A stretch of DNA of 43,330 nucleotides from an uncultured Rhizobiaceae bacterium (GTDB lineage: Bacteria; Pseudomonadota; Alphaproteobacteria; UBA828), in the NCBI GenBank assembly GCA_964623955.1, contig CAZUVO010000005.1, positions 1 to 43,330 on the forward strand, in the 5' to 3' direction. This document shows positions 9,056 to 17,805 of this stretch, piece by piece. Below the pieces are notes generated by a model. That model was not told the DNA's origin. It saw only the letters and a list, made by a program, of their open reading frames with translations, and did not search any database. Position numbers and translations under genes: made by a program. Position 1 is the first letter of the stretch. The number at the start of each line of letters is the position of its first letter.

Positions 9056-9759
9056 TCACAATTATTCCCGCGAGAGGCGGCTCCAAGCGGCTGCCGCGAA
9101 AAAACATCCGCCCGCTCGGCGGCAAACCGCTGCTGGCCTACACCATCGAAGCGGCGCTGGAGGCCGGGGTTGCGGCGCCGCTCATCGTCTCGACGGATGA
9201 TGACGAGATTGCCGAGACCGCGAGGCGATATGGCGCGGAGGCGATCCTGCGGCCCGCCGAGCTGGCGGCGGACGACAGCCCGACGGAGGCGGCCCTGCTC
9301 CACGTTCTTGACAGCAAAGAGGGGCTCGACAGCACAGAGGGTGAAGGCGTGGCGGCGGCGTGGGTCATGACCCTGGCGCCGACCTCGCCGTTTCGCACCG
9401 GCGCGACAATCCGCAAGTTCCACGATGCCGCGCTGGCCGGCGGCGATGATGTCGATTGTTATATGGCCGTCACCGAAGACCGCGGCGATTTTTGGCTGTT
9501 GCAGGAGGATGGCTGCGGCCGGCGGCTGTTCCCCGATGCGCCGCGCCGCCAGCAATCGCGCGCACCGCTCTATGAAGAAAACAGCGCCATCTATGTGAGC
9601 CGGGTGAGCGCGCTGCGCCGCAGCGGGATCATCCTCGGCGACAAGGTAAAGCCGCTCGCCATCGATCCCTTCGAGGCGCTCGACATCAACACGGCCTATG
9701 ATTTCTGGCTGGCGGAATCGCTGATCCTGAACGCAACCGCCCGGCCGGCGTCATCATAG
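9052..9759 (+). CDS. neuA: Acylneuraminate (nonulosonate) cytidylyltransferase
   Basis: 'ITIIPARGGSKRLPRKNIRPLGGKPLLAYTI', a CMP-NeuAc/CMP-Kdo synthetase-type N-terminus. 235 aa. Confidence 0.85.
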   Translation: MITIIPARGGSKRLPRKNIRPLGGKPLLAYTIEAALEAGVAAPLIVSTDDDEIAETARRYGAEAILRPAELAADDSPTEAALLHVLDSKEGLDSTEGEGVAAAWVMTLAPTSPFRTGATIRKFHDAALAGGDDVDCYMAVTEDRGDFWLLQEDGCGRRLFPDAPRRQQSRAPLYEENSAIYVSRVSALRRSGIILGDKVKPLAIDPFEALDINTAYDFWLAESLILNATARPASS

Positions 9760-9816
9760 CGGTGAACTGGCCCTCTCCATGACCCTGCAGACAGCCTCTC
9801 CACGACGGGTGAATTT

Positions 9817-11514
9817 GTGGCGCTAGGCCGGCAAACCTTGGCGCGCGCCAGGCTGGCGATGGTGCAGAGTTTTCCGCCGCTCGCGTGGCTCGACGACAGC
9901 TTGCGGGCGATGCGCGATCCGGCCTATGGCAAGCGGATCGGCGAGGAGGCGGCGGCGCTCCAGCGCCTGAAGGCGAAACTCGGCGGCCGGTTCGCGGGCC
10001 GGACGCCGGCGCGCGGCGGGAAATCCGCCATCATGTTCGGTTTTGGTCGCGTCGATATGGCGCTTCTCGAGCGTATCGTCACGGCGGGATTCGAACATGC
10101 CGGCATGGTGCCGGTGATGGTCGGGCCGTGGCATTCGCACGGCGCGGCGGCTTATCGGCAGCTCGGCCTCGGGCGCCTCAACCCCCTGACCTCTCATGTC
10201 GGTACGGCCGCGCGGGACGCCGCCGCCCGGGCGATCGCCGGCATGACCCGAAAGGCCGAACTGCATGCCTTCGACTATGACGGCGTGCCCTGCGGCAAGA
10301 TCGCCATGTCGTCGCTTATGCGCAACCAAAGGCGGGGCCGGTTCGATTTTGGCGACAATGCGACGCGCCGTATCCTGGCCGATGCGCTGGCGCGCTCGAT
10401 CGCCGCCGTCGAAGCGGCGCGGGAATTGCTGCACAAGCACCGTCCGGCGGCGGTCGTGCTGTCCGATCGCGGATACACGCCGTTCGGCGAGATATCCTAT
10501 CTCTGCACCGAGGGCGGCATTCCGGTTTATACCTGGAACGTGGCGCATCGCTATGGGCTGATCGTGATGAAGCGCTTCAGCAAACACAACACCCATCTAC
10601 ATCATCATTCCCTGTCGAGCGAAAGCTGGCGGAAAATCTCACAACTGAATTGGTGCGACGCCTATCAAGCGGCGAGCGAGCGCGAACTGACCGACAGCTA
10701 TACGAGCGGCGAGTGGTATGGCGAGGTGGGTACGCAATTTCATGTGTCGTCGGTCGAAAAGCAGGCCCTGATCGAGCGCCTCAACCTCGATCCCGACAAA
10801 AAGACCGCGGTTCTCTTCCCGCATATTTTCTGGGACGGCACCTTCTTCTGGGGCGAAGACCTGTTCGACGATTATGAGCAATGGTATTGCGAGGTATTGA
10901 AGGTCGCGCGCGAGAACACCCGGCTCAATTGGGTCATCAAGATTCATCCGGCCAACATCGTCAAGGATGTGCGGGACAAACATTCGGCGGAGCATTCCGA
11001 AGTGACCGCCATGCGCCGGGTGCTCGGCGAGACGCCGTCGCATATCCACCTTGTCGAGGCGTCGAGCGACATCAGCACGCTGTCGCTCTTCTCGATCATG
11101 GATTATTGCCTGACCGTGCGCGGCACCATCGGAATCGAGGCCGCCTATCGCGGCATCCCGGTGCTGACGGCCGGCACCGGGCGCTATGACCGGCTTGGCT
11201 TTACGGTGGATTTCGACGACCGGGATTCTTATCTCGCCCGGTTGCAACGCCTGGAAACGGTGCCGCCGCTCACACCCGCCGAGTGGGACCTGGCGAAGAA
11301 ATATGCCTTCGGCACCTTTGCGCTGCGGCCGACGCCGCTCTCCAGCGTGCAATTTTCCTTCCGCAAGGATGCGGTGGCGAGCTTGGAGGCGTCGCTCACC
11401 GTGGCGGATGGCGCGGCGCTCGGAGCAGCGCCGGATATCGCGTCGCTCGGCGCCTGGATTCGTTCCGGTGAGGACGATTACTGCAATTGGGCCATGGCCG
11501 AACGGATCGGATAA
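9817..11514 (+). CDS. Large uncharacterised protein with a capsule-biosynthesis (KpsC/KpsS-like) C-terminal region; candidate glycosyltransferase
   Basis: 'KKTAVLFPHIFWDGTFFWGEDLFDDYEQWYCEVLKVARENTRLNWVIKIHPAN' resembles the 'LfPLQ...D.q ... iK.HP' layout of Capsule_synth-type proteins. GTG 9817 start; ATG 9859 is an alternative. Confidence 0.45.
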   Translation: MALGRQTLARARLAMVQSFPPLAWLDDSLRAMRDPAYGKRIGEEAAALQRLKAKLGGRFAGRTPARGGKSAIMFGFGRVDMALLERIVTAGFEHAGMVPVMVGPWHSHGAAAYRQLGLGRLNPLTSHVGTAARDAAARAIAGMTRKAELHAFDYDGVPCGKIAMSSLMRNQRRGRFDFGDNATRRILADALARSIAAVEAARELLHKHRPAAVVLSDRGYTPFGEISYLCTEGGIPVYTWNVAHRYGLIVMKRFSKHNTHLHHHSLSSESWRKISQLNWCDAYQAASERELTDSYTSGEWYGEVGTQFHVSSVEKQALIERLNLDPDKKTAVLFPHIFWDGTFFWGEDLFDDYEQWYCEVLKVARENTRLNWVIKIHPANIVKDVRDKHSAEHSEVTAMRRVLGETPSHIHLVEASSDISTLSLFSIMDYCLTVRGTIGIEAAYRGIPVLTAGTGRYDRLGFTVDFDDRDSYLARLQRLETVPPLTPAEWDLAKKYAFGTFALRPTPLSSVQFSFRKDAVASLEASLTVADGAALGAAPDIASLGAWIRSGEDDYCNWAMAERIG

Positions 11515-11527
11515 TTTTGCGCAAGAG

Positions 11528-12868
11528 ATGCTGAAACCGGTCAAATCGGCGCTCCGTCTGCCAATCATTCTCCTTTCCATGCTGCTCGCCAGCTGCATCG
11601 GCGTTGCCGTTTTGCTCAAACATTGGCGAAAAATCGCCGCAGCGGATTTGGTGATGGTTCACGCCACTGGCGGCTTCGGTTACACCATCACCTCGCCCGA
11701 TATCTTGCGCCGCGACCGGGCCGGGCAGCGCATCGTCATCCTGTTCGCCTATATTCCGGGAACCCATAATCGCTTTATCGGCCGGATTTGGCCGGATATC
11801 GACTTGCTGTTCATTCCCATCGCGTTTCGCCGGCCGTTCGTCCGGCAATTCCACCCTTATGACGAACATGCGCGAACCATCGCTCTCTTCCCTTACTGGG
11901 ATCCATGGCGCTATATCCTATTCGCTCTGATCGGCGCTTTTCTTCGCTTCGTGCTGCCGTCCGGGCGTGTGATCACCGACGAAACCTATTACAAAGCCAT
12001 CCCCGAATGTCGCGTCCCGGATGGGCGCCCGCCCTTGGACCAGTGGCATCCGTTCTATTTCCGCCTGCTGCGCGAAGTGCCGGCAAAGCCCCTCAGGCTG
12101 CCGGAAACGGACAGGCGCGTCATCGGCGACGCCGTGCAGCGGGCCGCGGGCGGGACGCACAAGCTCTGCTGTCTCTATTTGCGTCTGCGCGCATCGAAAG
12201 AACTGCCGGATGCCTATCTCAGATCGGGCAGCGATGTCGCGTCCTATATGCGGGCGGTGCGCCGCCTCAACGAGCGCGGCTACCAGGTCCTGTTGGTGGG
12301 CGACCGAAACCTGCCGCCCGGCATGGCGGATGACTTAAACGGCATGCTCGTCGATGCCGCGAGCCTCAATGTTTCGGAACATATTTTTTACCTCTATGCC
12401 GCGACGGAGAGCCACATCGCCATCGGCGAGTGTGGCGGCGGATTTTGGATCGGTCCGATCAACGGCATCCCCAGCATGATGATAAACAATTATCCGTTTC
12501 ATACCGGTTGGCACGAGATGGCGATTCATTTCAAGGTTCTGCAGGATTCCGACGGCAACCTCGTTCCGGCCGAGACCATTTTGTCGCAATATGGCGAGGC
12601 GGTCGTCCACACCAATCCGAAAGTTCTGGAGAGTGGCGCCGCCGAGCTTGAAGCGGCGATCACCCACTTCGCCGACAGTGTGGCAAATGGGGCGCCGCTC
12701 GGCGTTCCGGCGATGGACGTGGCCGGTATGAAGGCGCATTTTTGGAGCGCCGAGGGCCGCGGCTATATCTCGCCGGTTTGGCTCGAGCTCTATGCCACCG
12801 ACCGGCCGATGCCGGCCGAAGGGCGGGAAGCGCGCGCGGAAGAGATTCTGCGCCGGCGCGGCGCTTAG
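11528..12868 (+). CDS. Uncharacterised protein with an N-terminal membrane anchor; possible glycosyltransferase
   Basis: ATG 11528 within ORF 11186..12868, giving 'MLKPVKSALRLPIILLSMLLASCIGVAVLL' (signal-anchor-like). No catalytic motif recognised. Coding bias is consistent with the neighbours. Confidence 0.4.
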   Translation: MLKPVKSALRLPIILLSMLLASCIGVAVLLKHWRKIAAADLVMVHATGGFGYTITSPDILRRDRAGQRIVILFAYIPGTHNRFIGRIWPDIDLLFIPIAFRRPFVRQFHPYDEHARTIALFPYWDPWRYILFALIGAFLRFVLPSGRVITDETYYKAIPECRVPDGRPPLDQWHPFYFRLLREVPAKPLRLPETDRRVIGDAVQRAAGGTHKLCCLYLRLRASKELPDAYLRSGSDVASYMRAVRRLNERGYQVLLVGDRNLPPGMADDLNGMLVDAASLNVSEHIFYLYAATESHIAIGECGGGFWIGPINGIPSMMINNYPFHTGWHEMAIHFKVLQDSDGNLVPAETILSQYGEAVVHTNPKVLESGAAELEAAITHFADSVANGAPLGVPAMDVAGMKAHFWSAEGRGYISPVWLELYATDRPMPAEGREARAEEILRRRGA

Positions 12869-12893
12869 GCGTCGATCGGCCGGGGCGACAGCG

Positions 12894-14714
12894 ATGTGCG
12901 GCATTGTTGGCATTCATGGCGATCAGGATCCCGACTGGATCCATGCCATGAACGCACGGATCGATCATCGCGGGCCGGACGACAGCGGTGTGCGGAGCTT
13001 CGCCGAAGACCGCCTGTCGATCGCCATGCGGCGCCTGGCGATCATCGATATGGATGGCGGCAGCCAGCCCATGGCGACGGCGGATGGGCGCTACACCATT
13101 ATCTTCAATGGCGAGATTTTCAACGCGCCGGAATTGCGCAAGGAGCTCGAAGCGCGCGGCGTCGTCTTTGCCAGCGATCATTCCGACACAGAGATCGTGC
13201 TGCACTCTTACGCACTGGAGGGTGCGTCGATGCTGGCGCGGCTGAACGGCATGTTCGCCTTCGCCATTTACGACGAGACGGAAAAAACCCTCTTTTGCGC
13301 GCGCGACCGCTTCGGCATCAAGCCGCTCTATTACTATGCCGACGGCGCGCGCTTCGCGTTCGCCTCCGAGCTCAAAGCGCTGATGGCTCTGCCGTTCGTC
13401 GACCGCGGCCTCAATGCCGAGGGCCTTTTTCACTATGTCAGCCTGATGTTCGTGCCGGGGCCGGCGTCCATCATCGAGGCGGTGCGCAAACTGCCGCCGG
13501 CGCACGCCCTGCATTACGATCTGACGACGCGCGAGCTGGAGATAACGCGCTGGTGGCGTGCCCGCTTCGGCACCGAGCGCCCGGCGCCGGCGGAGGCCGA
13601 GGCGCGCATTCGCGAGAGCCTCGCCGACGCGGTGGACCGCTGGACGCTGTCCGACGTTCCCGTTGCCTGCTCATTGTCCGGCGGGCTCGATTCGTCATCG
13701 ATCGCCGCCTTGCTGGCCGAGCGGGGGCAAACGGTTCGGACCTATTCCGTCGGTTTCACCGGCCCGGGCGAGGAGGAGTGGAACGAATTGCCGCTCGCCC
13801 GCGAGCTCGCCCGCAAGATCGGCGCGGCGCATCATGAGATCGTTATCGACCCGGAAAGCCTGATTGAAGACTTGCCGAAAATGACCTGGCATCTCGACGA
13901 GCCCTATGGCGGCGGCCTACCGTCCTGGGCGGTATTCAAATTCATGAGCGAGGAGGTCAAGGTCGGGCTGACCGGAATCGGCGGCGACGAGATATTCGGC
14001 GATTATCTGCGCTGGCGCCATTTTGAGGGCCGCGCCCTGCCGGCGCCGCGCACCCGGAAGCGTTTCGCACGGGAATATTTCGACCGCCATTATTATATGA
14101 GCGACAGCGAGAAGCGCCGCGCCGTGCTGGAGCCGCATATGCTGCCCGAGAGCGGCACCGCGGACCTTCTCTATGAGACGTTCCGCGCGGCGCCGGCGCC
14201 TTCCGTGCGGGACGGCATTACGCGCATGGATATGGAGACCCAGCTCGCCGAGGAATTTCTGCTGATGACCGACCGGCTCTCCATGGCCCATTCCCTCGAG
14301 GTGCGCACGCCGTTCCTCGATCATGAATTCGTCGAGACCGTGTTCGCCATGGCCGCCGGCTTGCGCACCGGCTTTAGGCCGTATAAGCGCATGCTGCGGA
14401 ACGCCCTGGCGCCGCTTCTGCCCAAATCATTATTGGACGCGCCGAAAAAGGGTTTCGTCATTCCGCTCAAGCTGTGGCTCAGGGGCCCGTTGCGCGACAT
14501 GGCCGGCGATCTGCTGAGCCCGGCGCGGCTCTCGGACCAGGGATATTTCCGCGCCGATTTTCATGACCGCTATGTGCGCCCCCATATCGACGGGCGGGCG
14601 GACAACACCAATCTCGTTTGGGGCGCCCTGATGTTTCAGCTATGGCATCAGGAGTTTATCGAGGCGCGTCCGCTGCGGGGCGCGCCGGAGATGCGCCGGG
14701 AGGCGGCACGGTGA
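12894..14714 (+). CDS. Asparagine synthase (glutamine-hydrolysing) family amidotransferase
   Basis: N-terminal nucleophile 'MCGIVGI'. Also 'RLAIIDMDGGSQPM', 'IFNGEIFN', and the PP-loop 'ACSLSGGLDSSSIAALLA'. Confidence 0.9.
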   Translation: MCGIVGIHGDQDPDWIHAMNARIDHRGPDDSGVRSFAEDRLSIAMRRLAIIDMDGGSQPMATADGRYTIIFNGEIFNAPELRKELEARGVVFASDHSDTEIVLHSYALEGASMLARLNGMFAFAIYDETEKTLFCARDRFGIKPLYYYADGARFAFASELKALMALPFVDRGLNAEGLFHYVSLMFVPGPASIIEAVRKLPPAHALHYDLTTRELEITRWWRARFGTERPAPAEAEARIRESLADAVDRWTLSDVPVACSLSGGLDSSSIAALLAERGQTVRTYSVGFTGPGEEEWNELPLARELARKIGAAHHEIVIDPESLIEDLPKMTWHLDEPYGGGLPSWAVFKFMSEEVKVGLTGIGGDEIFGDYLRWRHFEGRALPAPRTRKRFAREYFDRHYYMSDSEKRRAVLEPHMLPESGTADLLYETFRAAPAPSVRDGITRMDMETQLAEEFLLMTDRLSMAHSLEVRTPFLDHEFVETVFAMAAGLRTGFRPYKRMLRNALAPLLPKSLLDAPKKGFVIPLKLWLRGPLRDMAGDLLSPARLSDQGYFRADFHDRYVRPHIDGRADNTNLVWGALMFQLWHQEFIEARPLRGAPEMRREAAR

Positions 14715-16018
14715 GGGAGGGAACGCTCTCCATCCTCCATTTCTCGACGGCGGATATTCTCGGCGGCTCGGCAAAGGCGGCCCTGCGCATTCATCATGGC
14801 CTCGCCGCGGAGGGTCACCGCTCGCGCATGCTGGTGCGCCACAAGCAAACCGACGACGAGACGATCGAGAGCATCTGGCCGCGCGGCCCGGCCCGCCTGT
14901 GGGACCGCGCCTGGGAGGCCTTTTCGACCCGCAGCGGGCTGCAATATGCTTACGTGCCCGCTTCAGCCCGGGCGTTGCGTCACCGCTGGGTGAGCGAGGC
15001 GGATATCATTCAGCTCTACAATATTCATGGCGGATATCTCTCGCCCGCCGCGCTGCCGCGCTTGTCGCGCCAGGCGCCGCTGGTGTGGCGGCTCTCGGAC
15101 ATCTGGCCGGCGACCGGACATTGCGCCTATTCGGGCGATTGCGAGCGTTGGCGGGAGGGCTGCGGCCAGTGCCCCGATCTCGGCGCCTATCCGCCGGTGC
15201 GCCGCGATGCGACCGCGTTTCTCTGGCGCCGCAAGCGGGCGGCCTATGGCAAGAGCGATATCACCCTCGTCGCGCCGTCGAGCTGGATGGAAGGCATCGT
15301 TCGCGCCAGCCCCTTGCTGCGGGATTTCCCCTGCGAGCGCATCGCCACCGGCGTCGATGCGGCGCTGTTCAACATGGCCGAGGCCGACGCCGCCCGCGCC
15401 GCCGCCCGGGCCGAGTTGAATATTGCCGAGGACACCACCGTCATTTTGTTTGCCGCCCATATTCTCGATGCGAATCCGCGTAAGGGCGGGCAGCATCTTC
15501 GGGCCGCGCTCAACTTGCTGGGGCCGATGCCGAATTGCGTGCTGCTTCTCGCCGGCGTCGGTGGCGAAAGCTGGCGGGGCGCGCAGCCGCTCGAGCTTCG
15601 TCTCGCCGGCTACCGTGCGGCGCCCGGCGATATGGCGAAAATCTATGCCGCCGCCGATTTCTCCGTCACCCCCTCGCTCGATGAAAACCTCGCCAATTCG
15701 GTGCTCGAATCCATGGCCTGCGGCCGTCCCGTTGTCGCCTTCGATGCCGGCGGCACGCGCGACGCGGTACACCACATGGAAACCGGCTACCTCGCCGCCG
15801 CCGGAGACGATGCGGCGCTGGCCGAGGGGATCAAACAGTTCGTGGACTCCGGGCCATTGCGTCAGCGGATCGGCCGGGCCGGCGGCGATCTCATTTCCCG
15901 CGAATTCGGCCTGACTCGCCAAATCGAGCGGCTCAACAACCTCTATCATGACATCCTGGCGCGGCGGCGAAACACCGGCCCGGCGTCTTCGGCCCTATCG
16001 GCGCAGAGCCATGTCTAG
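14711..16018 (+). CDS. Glycosyltransferase family 4 (GT-B)
   Basis: GTG 14711 (GTGA overlap). 'LSILHFSTADILGGSAKAA'. EX7E motif in 'DENLANSVLESMACGRPVVAFDAGG'. Internal 4-Cys cluster at 15122-15172. Confidence 0.85.
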   Translation: MREGTLSILHFSTADILGGSAKAALRIHHGLAAEGHRSRMLVRHKQTDDETIESIWPRGPARLWDRAWEAFSTRSGLQYAYVPASARALRHRWVSEADIIQLYNIHGGYLSPAALPRLSRQAPLVWRLSDIWPATGHCAYSGDCERWREGCGQCPDLGAYPPVRRDATAFLWRRKRAAYGKSDITLVAPSSWMEGIVRASPLLRDFPCERIATGVDAALFNMAEADAARAAARAELNIAEDTTVILFAAHILDANPRKGGQHLRAALNLLGPMPNCVLLLAGVGGESWRGAQPLELRLAGYRAAPGDMAKIYAAADFSVTPSLDENLANSVLESMACGRPVVAFDAGGTRDAVHHMETGYLAAAGDDAALAEGIKQFVDSGPLRQRIGRAGGDLISREFGLTRQIERLNNLYHDILARRRNTGPASSALSAQSHV

Positions 16019-16087
16019 CGACCAAGCCGCAAACCCCTTGCCGGCGCGTGGGCCCCGCGTCGCGCTCCTGGCACAAGCGAGAATTCA

Positions 16088-17680
16088 ATGTCGCAAATAG
16101 CTGATCTATTGGAGGCGTATTACAGAATCGGGCAGCGGAGGTCCGAATCGCCCACTGCGCTATTTCCGTCCCAGAGATCCGATGTATCGCAAGAACTAAA
16201 CCGGCTTTGGGGAAAATATTCTCAGGAATTAAAAATTCTTTCGGATCATTTGGGCACGCAATATAAAAAGAAGATGCCCCAGGGTTTGTCGGGAGGATGC
16301 GGTGATCTGGAAGGGGAATTGCTGTATATATTGATTCGGAAATTGAAGCCTGAACTCATTTATGAGATATCGCCAAATACGGGATTTTCGACGAATTATT
16401 TACTTGCAGCGGTTACGGAAAATAAGTCAGGCCGGATAGAGGGGTTTGAAATAATTGAAGAAATAGATGGCGTATCGATAAATGAAATTGTATATGGGAA
16501 ATTATTACCGATATGCGACAAAGAGAGATATCACCTTAATGTCGGAGACGCTCGAATCAACTCGCTAGAACGTATTACACAGCAAGCGCCGGATTTTACT
16601 TTGATCGATTCCTGCCATGACGATTTTTTTGCAGAATTTTATGTGAAGGAATTATTTCCTCGCTGCTGCGGAACAATTGTCATGCAGGATATTGCTCACT
16701 TCGATCCGCGGCCGGAATGGTCGACAGAAGCCTATTATGTTCTTTCCTATTTGCAAAAAACCGCCAGCGAGTATCTGTTGTTCGGCGACTATGAAGATGC
16801 GTTGTTTAACAATAGCGCTCGCGACGAATTCTCCGTTCGCCGCCCCTGCAGAAGCAATTGCATCGTCGTCTCGCTCGGCGACGCGCCGGTGACGTCGGAG
16901 CCGGCGGAAAGATTTCTCGGCTATCTAAGTGGCGAGTCGGAGCCGGGCGATGGCATGGCGTCCGCATACCCTCTGACTTTCGAAATTCTTGGGGGAACGT
17001 TGCGCCGATCGTTCCCGTCGGAAGATGCACGGCCCGAGGACGATTATGTCGCCGCGATGACGGCCGATCAGTGGCGCGCCGGCAGCCCGGCATTCGCGGA
17101 TATGCTCGCTCTCTCGCTGGGCCGAACGTCACTGAAGGGGGCGCCTCCGGGAGAATTGGCCCAGGCGGCGCAATCCTTCGATGCCACCCAGCGCGTATTG
17201 GCGCTCGAAGCTTTGGCACGCGCGGGCGCGCGGGACGATATGAAGACGATCCTCTCCACGGTCGAGAATGACCCGCCGCGCGGGGGTGAGTTGCACCTGC
17301 GCATCGCGGAGACCGCATTGCGGCTCGGGTATCGTGCCGAGGCCGAGCGTTGGGCGGAGCGGGCGCATGAGAATTCGAAGGATTTAAGCCTGGCGGTCGG
17401 TTATCGTCATTCGATGCAGGCGGCGCGCATATTGTTGCGTTTGGGCCAAGCGGCGAGGGCGCGCAGTTTTTTCAGAGAAGCGCTGGAAGGATTGACCCGG
17501 CGCCATGACGACGTCATGGCGAAGGCCAGCGCGGAGGCTTTTGCGATCGCGCTGCGCCATCCCGTCTTTCTGCCCATCGCTCTCGGATCCGGCATCGATA
17601 AAGGCGCTATCATGGTGGCGGCGAAATCCCTTATCCGATCGATTGCGCGAAAGGTCGCGAGAAAAATTCTTGCCGCATGA
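16088..17680 (+). CDS. Fusion protein: N-terminal class I SAM methyltransferase-like domain (Methyltransf_24/CmcI-like) plus C-terminal Ala/Arg-rich helical-repeat (TPR-like) domain
   Basis: 'LIYEISPNTGFSTNYLLAAVTENKSGRIEGFEI' and 'LIDSCHDDFFAEFYVKELFPRCCGTIVMQDI'. C-terminal part: 'LRIAETALRLGYRAEAERWAERAHE...LLRLGQAARARSFFREALE'. Base composition switches from AT-rich to GC-rich near 16850. Confidence 0.55.
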   Translation: MSQIADLLEAYYRIGQRRSESPTALFPSQRSDVSQELNRLWGKYSQELKILSDHLGTQYKKKMPQGLSGGCGDLEGELLYILIRKLKPELIYEISPNTGFSTNYLLAAVTENKSGRIEGFEIIEEIDGVSINEIVYGKLLPICDKERYHLNVGDARINSLERITQQAPDFTLIDSCHDDFFAEFYVKELFPRCCGTIVMQDIAHFDPRPEWSTEAYYVLSYLQKTASEYLLFGDYEDALFNNSARDEFSVRRPCRSNCIVVSLGDAPVTSEPAERFLGYLSGESEPGDGMASAYPLTFEILGGTLRRSFPSEDARPEDDYVAAMTADQWRAGSPAFADMLALSLGRTSLKGAPPGELAQAAQSFDATQRVLALEALARAGARDDMKTILSTVENDPPRGGELHLRIAETALRLGYRAEAERWAERAHENSKDLSLAVGYRHSMQAARILLRLGQAARARSFFREALEGLTRRHDDVMAKASAEAFAIALRHPVFLPIALGSGIDKGAIMVAAKSLIRSIARKVARKILAA

Positions 17681-17729
17681 GAAGCTTCCGGCGACGAACC
17701 GTCGAAGACCAACTTAAATATAGGGGTAC

Positions 17730-17760
17730 GGGCTAAGGTTCCGGCTACGGAATTTAGCCC
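17730..17760 (+). terminator. Stable hairpin 50 nt after the fusion gene stop (terminator-like, no U-tract)
   Basis: GGGCTAAGGTTCCG-GCTA-CGGAATTTAGCCC forms 7 bp, a G.U pair and 5 bp with one bulged G and a 4-nt loop. Confidence 0.3.
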
Positions 17761-17805
17761 AACAATAAATTCGGCCAGTTGTTACGTTTTCTTGAGGTTA
17801 AACAA

